DNA of 64,000 bases, from the NCBI RefSeq assembly GCF_006345805.1, contig NC_042999.1, forward strand, positions 17,856,001 through 17,920,000, given 5' to 3'. This DNA comes from Octopus sinensis (Eukaryota). This document shows, piece after piece, positions 55,362 through 64,000 of the stretch (position 1 is its first letter; every line of letters starts with the position of its first letter). The notes under the pieces are model-generated. The model had not been told where the DNA came from. It saw only the letters and a program-made list of their open reading frames with translations, and did not search any database. The position numbers and the translations under genes are program-made.

Positions 55362-55660
55362 GGAGGCGCAATGTCCCAGTGGTTAGGGCAGCGGACTCGC
55401 GATCGGAGGATCGCGGTTTCGATTCCCAGACCGGACGTTGTGTGTGTTTATTGAGCGAAAATACCTAAAGCTCCACGAGGTTCCGGCAGAGGGTGGTGGC
55501 GACCCCTGTTGTACTCTTTCGCCCACTTTGTATACTTTGTATCACTCTCTTTTCCTGTTTCTTAAGTAACGCTGCGATGAACTGGCGTCCCGTCCAGAAA
55601 CCGGGAAACTGGGACCATGAGCCATTGCTAGGCTTGAAAAGGGCGCATGAATAAATAAAA
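55362..55660 (+). mobile_element. tRNA-derived SINE family 3 with V-domain-like segment
   Basis: Head GGAGGCGCAATG..CCCAGTGGTTAGGGCAGCGGACTC, B-box GGTTTCGATTCC; ctgcgatgaactggcgtcccgtccag (55572-55597) resembles the V-SINE domain; A-rich end. Confidence 0.75.
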
Positions 55661-57384
55661 ATAGAGAATATAGGGAAGCACCCTTTTCTAATAAATTAAC
55701 TTATTGCAGGTGAAATATAGTGCAAATAGTTAGGTAAGCAGAGAATAAAATATTTGGTTTATTGTAGTCTTTATTTCTCACTCTAGGGCCTGCTCCCTCC
55801 AACTCAATGAAATGAAACACAGCCATTTGATTTTGTGAATAATGTTAAACATATTGTCTGCGATTCCCATGATATTGATCATGAGCTAACTATTATAATA
55901 ATGATCGCAATAATTATAATTATGAAATTTTTTGTGTTTGATTTGTAATAGAAATCGATGTTTTGCGACGTTTTTGGCCTTGAATACATTCGAAACAAAA
56001 TATTTCACGTAGTCTTCCAAATAATTGCGAAGTTACGAGTAAATTTAACAAAAGCTATTAGTTATTGCAGCAGAAACATCAAAGATTTATTTGTTGGAAG
56101 ACTTAACCTTGTCTGTGCGACTCTTACATTTTACAAAGTATCTGCATAATCTTTACAAAACTCAGCATCCTTGAAAAACTGATTTATGTCACCGTATAAA
56201 TATTTTGGCGAAGTTCCATTGATAAGATTGGCATATTGGTAACATTTACAGAGACTCACAAATATTCTAAAATGTGCACGCTTCAACAAGCCTAAATAGT
56301 ATTAAGAAAGTTATTTCATTCGTCAAGGTCTATTGTGAAATTAAAGAATCACCAGGAGAGAAATCTATTTGTTTGAATCGATTGAATGCAGGAAGTATTG
56401 TGGTAGCTTTTGCTTCTAAAATTCGTTGACCTCGACATTAATATAACTACAAATTAACAGTCATGTCTAGAGATAAGAGAAACAAAAACGTGAATGGGTA
56501 TTAGTCGTAAAAGTGTTATCCTCAGCATAAAAATAACATTTTATCATGTTTTTTTTTTAATGATTTGTTAGTTTATTTAAAATATTTAAGCACAAGAGAT
56601 ATGTTCTGAAATAACACTGTATGTATTATATGGACATGAACGAATAAAGAATACGTCGAACACAACACGCAAGTATGTAAATATAATGAATTCCTCGAAA
56701 TAATGCAAAAGCAGTGGAATATATATGCATGTGTATGTACACGTGTATGCACATGAATCTATATAAAAACTTGTGCGTAGATATGTATAAATATATACGT
56801 GTATGTACGTGTCCGTACATATATTATTTCTAAATACTAAGATATACATATATGAAGATATACATTAATATATAAATTAGTATATGTAATTACTATTTAA
56901 AAAGGAACAGCATCACCACTACCGCCTCTGCAGAAGCAATAAAGACAATAGCAAGAATGATAATAATATTGATAAATAGTTTTTATAGTATATTTGAGCG
57001 ATATCAAATATCTGAGACAAGATTAATGTGCGCGTATGTGTGTGAATATGAAAGCTATAATTGCCTTCATGTGTTATAATTTGCGTCATGCATACAAATG
57101 CTGTGAAATTCAGCGGAATTTATTTTTTGTCTTGTCGCATCTGGCAAATATTTCTATCTCAATTTAATGAAAGGCATCATAAATTCTTACATTCTTTAGC
57201 ACACGCGTACACACTCAAGCATGGAGTAACACACACACACGCACACACAAACAAAAGCAACAACGCAAATATACATGTATATAAATATGTGTGCTTGGAA
57301 ATATATATATATATATACTCATACATATACGTGCATATATGTGCATATGCATATATGTATAAAAAAAATATATATATACATTTA

Positions 57385-57447
<63 letters not shown>

Positions 57448-57482
57448 TTATTCATATATATATTTATATATATATATACTTT

Positions 57483-57536
<54 letters not shown>

Positions 57537-57945
57537 CATACATACATACATACATACATACAAACATACATACATGTGTAAATAGATACGTTTTTGCAAA
57601 TAAATCAAGTGATTAATAACGTCCAACTCGTTAAAACTGCAATTAGTTAGTGCATCATAGAAGAATATAATTAATTGATATTATTTATTAATTGTGAGAA
57701 ATGAATTCACGCTAAAATAACATTAATAATTTACGGCTTGAAATTTATCAAACATAAAGTCTTCATTTTTCTTAGTTGAAATATAAAAAAAAATACAACA
57801 AATGTAATAAATACATTAAAATTAATACAGTTACCAGTTGGAAAATATTGGCCATTTGTTATTCATATCACGGATATCTTGAAAGCATAAAGTATTACTA
57901 ATGTTTAGGAAATTCCATATGAAAATAAATATATATAAATAATTT

Positions 57946-58318
57946 TTTGGGCTGTCCGGAAAGTTCGTGCCGATATTTAAAGGAAAGATAAAGGTCAATA
58001 AATACTTGCCATTACATTTCTAATCAACCAAATAGAAAACATTTTGTTGCACAATGCGTCTCCATCTTTCCGTCAACTTAAAAATACCCTCTTCCCTGAA
58101 TTGACGTGGTTTCATGGCAAATAAGTCTTCAAGGTATCTTTTTATATTATCCAAGGAATTGAAATTTTTACCATTAAGACTATTCTGCAGAGACCTGAAT
58201 AAGTGGTAATATCTAATGATAAGGAGCAATATCTAGTAAATATGGAGGGTGTGGTAATACATCCCAGCCAAGCTGCAGCAATTTTTGTTTGGTTCCCAAA
58301 ACATCAAGTGCCGAAAAT
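57946..58318 (-). mobile_element. mariner transposase 3' remnant with TIR
   Basis: KLLQLGWDVLPHPPY..DIAP..YHLFRSLQNSLNGKNF..KLTERWRRIV; TIR-like ttgggctgtccggaaagttcg. Confidence 0.9.
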
Positions 58319-58356
58319 GAACTTTCTTATCTTTCATATCGCTTTTGATACACATT

Positions 58357-59030
58357 TATTGGGTCATCCCATAAACAATGCATCTTATTTACTTCTTTTA
58401 TTTTTCAAAATTAAGATGAAACAAAGTTCGTTTTAATCTAAACTACACTTTTCCATCTATCAGGTAGACTTGCAAGGCCCCTCTAAAAATATTCACTTGT
58501 CCGTGATAGAAAATATACCCCCAGTACTATTCTGACCTTGTCTACAAAATTCATATTTCTTCGTCCGAATGATTTTGAAGATTGCAGAATAAATGATAAA
58601 CAGATGGAGTAATGTTCTGCGAATGTTCTAGATGGCCGAGCATTAACCTGGCGAAAGAATACGTTTCTAGCAATGACCTAAGCCTATCAAGCTGCTCGCA
58701 GTAGATCTCTTCTGTTATCGTTTGGTTTGGGTTTAAAAGTTGAAAGTGGTCTAAAAGTTTCATATTCCACAAAACAGATGACAGCACCTCATGTGCGCGA
58801 AGATGTTCTTAAGCCAGTGTTTCTCCATTCGGTACCCACTGCCTTCGGCGCTTAACTTCTTGTTAAACAGAACGGATTTCTCGGCACCAGTCACTCTGCG
58901 GTCCACATATATTAACTGAGCCCGATGAGACTCGGAAAGTTTCTGAGGAACACATGGACCCAATTCGCTGACTTTTAGATGGCGCGAAATTGTCGATGAA
59001 TTCTTCAATGACTAAATCCAAGAATGGCAA
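58357..59030 (-). mobile_element. second mariner remnant (different subfamily) with TIR
   Basis: STISRHL..VPQKLSE..RVTGAEK..WNMK..LLNPNQTITEEIYCEQLDRL..YHLFCNLQNH..SLPDRWKSVV; TIR tattgggtcatcccataaa. Confidence 0.85.
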
Positions 59031-59754
59031 GTTTTTAAGCAGTTACGATTGGATCCTGTTGCACAGGGTTTGCCAGACGTCCATATCGAGCTCTAGAGAT
59101 CTTCCAGGACAAGCCTCGTCTTCTAGGCTGTAGTTTCCGGCTCGTAATTTCGGGACCCACCTTTGACACTGGCTTACACATGTTGTCCGATCCCCATATA
59201 CTGCATGAGAAGGTGAAATAAGGATAGAAAAAAATTAAAGAAATGAATGGTAATATGAAAAGAGTATAAAATGTGACGCAATGTCCACTTAATCATCCAC
59301 GAAATCGAGTGGTTACCTTTCGACAGCTTTTCTTTCTTATATTTTAAGTATTCTTTTGTATTTTAAGTTCCCTGAGTTTGTCTTTGTATATGTATGTCTT
59401 GTAATTGGATCATTCTGTATTTAGCCACTTGCGAGTAATAAAAGAAATAGATCCCCATATAGCGCATTAATATTCCTCGCACTTTGCGTTGCGTTGCTGC
59501 CTTTATTGAACTCATAAAGCAAAATATGCCGAATATGCTCATCCGTCACTTCCTTTACAGCTTTGCAAAAAACAAACTGTTAATATCAAACTGCACTCTT
59601 CAAAACTAAGAATAAGAATAAGAATAAGAACTACGTAACATTACTACCTGCATTTATAATAAGTTGATGCAGGTAGTTTATCCCGTCCCCCACCAACTTT
59701 TAGTTCATGCAATTAAAAAGACTGCATTAATTACGGGATGACCCAATATGTATG

Positions 59755-59796
<42 letters not shown>

Positions 59797-60409
59797 ATAT
59801 ATAAGTGTGTGTGTATGTGTATATGTATGTATAAATATGTATTGTATATATACATACACGCATACACACTTACACTAAAATGTTCGTGCCTGTGTATTTA
59901 TGTTTGTGCTCAATATATTTGTGTGTTATCTATGTCTTTCTCAATATAGGAAGTAGAGCAGACACCTATGTCGGTACGAGTGCGCCGTTGTCAACAAGAT
60001 GATATATGATGGTAAACTTTGCTCCAAAACATGGTCATAATTAATCTGATCTATCAATTTAGATTATGCCAGATTTCGAATTGTTTCATTTGTGCATCTT
60101 CCCATGTGAAAACATAGTTAATACCTTCTCCAACCCCCAGATTACTTGTCTATCTCATTCGATTGCCATTACCAATATATTTGCCTACTTACTTGGATCT
60201 TATCCAATTCAATTTGAGTCTATGAAGCATTTCGTATTTCGGATAATTCCGATGTCTGATTCAATTTGCTCATATACATACAGTTGATGTATCAACATTG
60301 ATTTTTTCCTCCTTAATTTCTACATATCAGCAGCTAATCGGATCAAATAAATCGCCCTTGCTCGAGTTCCCTTCATACATGCCCTTCAGGATAATAAAAG
60401 AAATCCTCC

Positions 60410-60589
60410 TCATCATCATCATTATCTTCATTATCATTATTATTATTTCGCCATCATCGTCATCATCATAGTCGTCATAGTTGTCGTCGTCGTCGTCATC
60501 ATCCTCATCATCATTATCATTATTATTATTTCGTCATCTCATTATCATTATTATCGAAGCAGTCATCGTCGTCATCGTGATCGTGATCG

Positions 60590-60635
<46 letters not shown>

Positions 60636-60675
60636 TATTATTATTGTTATTATTATTATTACTATTATTATTACT
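60410..60675 (+). repeat. (ATC)n/(ATT)n trinucleotide array
   Basis: Direct reading; abuts the 3' end of the R4-like LINE. Confidence 0.9.
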
Positions 60676-60679
60676 ATTG

Positions 60680-62057
60680 AGTCAGAGAGAGAGAGAGAGC
60701 TGTGCATGCCATCAGTGACAGAGGGGTAAAATATACGAAGCCCTGTATAACAATCATGACTACCCGTCTGATAAGGGTACACTAAGCACACGCATCACAA
60801 CCATATGTCCGCAACATGGTGATCTCATACCATGATAAACTGCACATGACGTTGCAGGTGGAGACCAGTTAGAATTTGCTTCCGTTCGAGTAACCCATCC
60901 AGCTCAAAAGGTACCCGAATAAGGATTGTTGAAGGCTGTTGACCGAACCACTCATGTTTCCAGAGGTGAATGATTCAAACCCCAACGAATTCCTCTCAAC
61001 ACACGGTTATGATGCTCCCCCACTACTTCTGCTCGTGATCAGAGATGCACATATTGTCAGTCACTAAGAGACATGCTCAACTGGTTAAGGTCCAACAACT
61101 GACGAGCAAATCTGTGGTATTGAGCAGAATATTTGCTGTAGCCCATCTTTTATAACAAGACATAATAATATACATGATAACAGTTCCAATCAATTAAGAT
61201 CAGAAGCCACGAAAGCCACAGTCTGTTACTGCATCAGTGCATATTATCATCATCATCAGCATCGGCAGCAGCAGCACCATCATCATCACCACCAACACCA
61301 CCACCACCACCATCAGCACCAGCACCAGCACCAGCACCGCCGCCGCCGCCGTCGTCGTCATCATCATCATCATCATCATCATCATTGCTTTTGCACAGCT
61401 TCTAACACTGGAGATGTACTATGGTGTCAGCTGTTCACTATCAGTGAACTAAGGTTACTCCTCTTATTTTTGAGCACCTTACGGATTATTCGAGCGGTCT
61501 CAACAGTCCTGTTTTCTGCAAGTTCTCCACCCTTATTGCAGCCCCTTTTGTTCCACATACTTTTTCGTGATTTTGCTCACTATTCCCAGGGCTCCGACAA
61601 TTATTGCTACTACTGCTACATTTTTCATATCTCTCGACTTTTCTTTCTTCCTTCTCGCATACCTTGTTGTAAGCTGGGCATGCTATGTCTATGATCCAAT
61701 ATAGTTTGTTTTCTTTCTCAATGAAGACTATATCCGGCATAGTATTCTCAGTCTCATGGTCGCACTGAATCGTAAATTCCCGTAGGATCTTGGCATTTCT
61801 ATTTCGACAATGCCTTCAGGTTTGTAGTTGTACCAATTTTTTGCTCTGTCTAGTCCTTACTTCTTGGAAAGTGCCCAATGGACAAGCCTGGCTATAGTGT
61901 CGTGGCATCTCTTATATTCCTTCTGTGCTAGCGGCCTACACTGACTGGTAATACGGCATACGGTTTCACCGTTTTGTTCACAGATTCTGCACTTATCACT
62001 TTCTGATGTGTTGTCTCTTCTGTATTTTATGTAGTTTGTTCTTAGTGCTTGCTCATG
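60680..62057 (-). mobile_element. 5'-truncated R4/Dong-like non-LTR retrotransposon (CCHC + restriction-like endonuclease, long 3'UTR)
   Basis: EQALRTNY..KCRICEQNGETV.RITSQC..YKRCHD..LVHW..WY..KPE..MPDIVFIEKENK..IIDIACP..TARIIRKVL; one stop and frameshifts. Confidence 0.85.
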
Positions 62058-62126
62058 CGGAAATTATAATTTCATATTAATCGGTTTGAAAATAAAAATT
62101 TCTAACATCGGACTACAAAAAGAAAC

Positions 62127-62258
62127 CCAACTACATGGTTCCAGGTTCAGTCGCACTGCGTGGCACCTTGGGCAAGTGCCTTCTGCTATAGCCTCTACTA
62201 TAGCCGGCCAAAGCCTTCTGAGTAGATTTGGTAGACGGAAACTGAAGGAAGCCTGTCG

Positions 62259-62336
<78 letters not shown>

Positions 62337-62593
62337 TGTGTCTATATGTGTATGTATGTGTGTGTGTGTGAGTGTGTATGTTTGTGTGTCTGTCCCCCCC
62401 AACATCGCTTGACAACCGATGCTCGTGTGTTTACGTCCACGTCACTTAGCGGTTCGGCAAGTGGGACCGATAGGATAAGTACTAGTCTTACAAAGAATAA
62501 GTCCTGGTGTCGATTTTCTCGTCTAAAAGCGGTGCTCCAGCATGGCCGCAGTCAAATGACTGAAACGATTAAAAGAATAAAAGAATAAAAGAA
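62127..62593 (+). mobile_element. SINE family 1 (5' ~25 nt missing)
   Basis: Homolog with expanded internal (TA)n(TG)n. Confidence 0.9.
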
Positions 62594-62599
62594 CCCTCC

Positions 62600-63568
62600 T
62601 AAGTATCCTAGCTGTCCCTAATAACACTGTTTTCAGCAGCTGCACTAAGCTGGGTTTTATGCTTATTTCCTCTATCCATCTGTTCAAAGCTTTGCGGAAA
62701 ATTCCAAATGCACCTATAACTACTGGAAAGCATTCCCCCAGATCTTCCCCTCTCTGTGGTGGAGCGCTCCTTCCTCAGTAGGAGGTCTGCGTTTCATCCT
62801 CCTCACTCCATCCTGTAAGGAATTTCAAACTCGTGCTGATATCCACTGCTTTGTGCGCCGCGTTACGTTTTGTGCGCTCTTCCGCGACACTCCACCCGCA
62901 TCAAACGAGGAGGACTGCTTCACTGACCTGGGCCGCCGACCATCCCAGTGGACGCCTACTCCTGGGCAGTTTCAAGCAGTGGATCTTTTTGCGGGCGCCT
63001 GCCAGTGCACTGTGGACCGGTTCAACTTCTCCAGGCGTCCGTGTTGTCTCAACATCTCCCCAGCCGAACTCTCGGCTCTTGGTTCCCTCCGGCGGCGCAC
63101 TGACATCGTTATTAAACCGGCCGACAAGGGTGGAGCAGTGGTGGTATGGCGCGCGGACCTACAAGGCCAAAGCTCTCCGTCAACTCCATGACACCTCCTT
63201 CTACTGCCCTCTGTCCTCTGACCCCACGACCAGCTACCAACAGACGGTCTTCTCTACGATCAATGATCTCATCTCGTCCTCCCGTCTCCCCTACACCGCC
63301 TCCAACCTCATTGTCCGAAACCCCTGCACCCCCAACTTTTACTTCCTCCCAAAATCAAGAGAGAGTCGCCATGGTAGATCGTTAGCCACTGCATACATTT
63401 TTGCCTTTCCTTCTTTCTCTCCTTGTTTTTTCTGTGCCCCTTTCTGTAGAAGAGCGTAGGCTCGAAACGTAAAATACTTTTTCTATTCCTGAGCGTTATA
63501 CTAATACATCTGTTTGTTTTGTACATCACTTGTCTTCGTCTTTTGTTTTTTTCGTAAACTCTCCCTAT
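62600..63568 (+). mobile_element. Penelope-like element: RT N-terminal fragment fused to pseudo-LTR
   Basis: NISPAELSALGSLRRRTDIVIKPADKGGAVVVW..YCPLSSDPT..TPNFYFLPK (truncated at ~63354), then pLTR 63365-63568. Confidence 0.9.
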
Positions 63569-63573
63569 ATATA

Positions 63574-63604
<31 letters not shown>

Positions 63605-63677
63605 ATATTAGGGAATAAATCCAAATTTACAAGGAAAAATCAGATTTAAGATTGAATCCAATTTGATAGTAAAATAT

Positions 63678-63902
63678 TATATTATATCAAATTAGAGACA
63701 AAACCACTATTATGGAAATCAAACAAAGAAAGACTTAATACAATACATAAAATAATTTATATAAATTAAAATTTAACATATGAATATGAATATGGTTGTT
63801 CATATGTTAAATTTTAATTTATATAAATTATTTTATGTATTGGATTAAGTCTTTCTTTGTTTGATTTGCATAATAGTGGTTTTGTCTCTAATTTGATATA
63901 AT

Positions 63903-63905
<3 letters not shown>
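63678..63905. repeat. near-perfect 107-bp-arm palindrome (foldback)
   Basis: 63678-63784 vs 63799-63905, 2 mismatches, 14-nt loop. Confidence 0.95.
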
Positions 63906-63936
<31 letters not shown>

Positions 63937-64000
63937 ATATATATATATATATAGATATATATATATATATAATATATATATATATAGCCATGTTGATTCG

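Noticed and set aside
55362-55435. tRNA gene
   Set aside because: No proper acceptor stem; continues into SINE body and tail

Overview
AT-rich, microsatellite-laden eukaryotic DNA. The SINE/LINE/MITE repertoire points to an octopus (coleoid cephalopod) genome; this is an inference from repeat families. No host protein-coding gene can be called with confidence: most listed ORFs are translations of (AT)n, (GT)n or trinucleotide repeats, and only a few weak candidate small exons were seen. The dominant feature is a ~6.0 kb full-length Tx1/L1-group non-LTR retrotransposon (minus strand, 30742-36783). It has ORF1 with a CCHC knuckle and ORF2 with APE endonuclease, RT (YADD) and a CCHC finger, and it sits between two (GATA)n arrays. 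Other elements: nine copies of one tRNA-derived SINE family, a second tRNA-SINE family, a V-domain-like SINE, a 5S-rRNA-headed element carrying the same 3' tail as the main SINE, Penelope-like fragments whose pseudo-LTRs contain minimal hammerhead-ribozyme motifs, R4/Dong-like and HERO-like LINE remnants, mariner/maT fossils, several MITEs, and a TIR-bounded cassette containing telomere-like (CCCTAA)n repeats.
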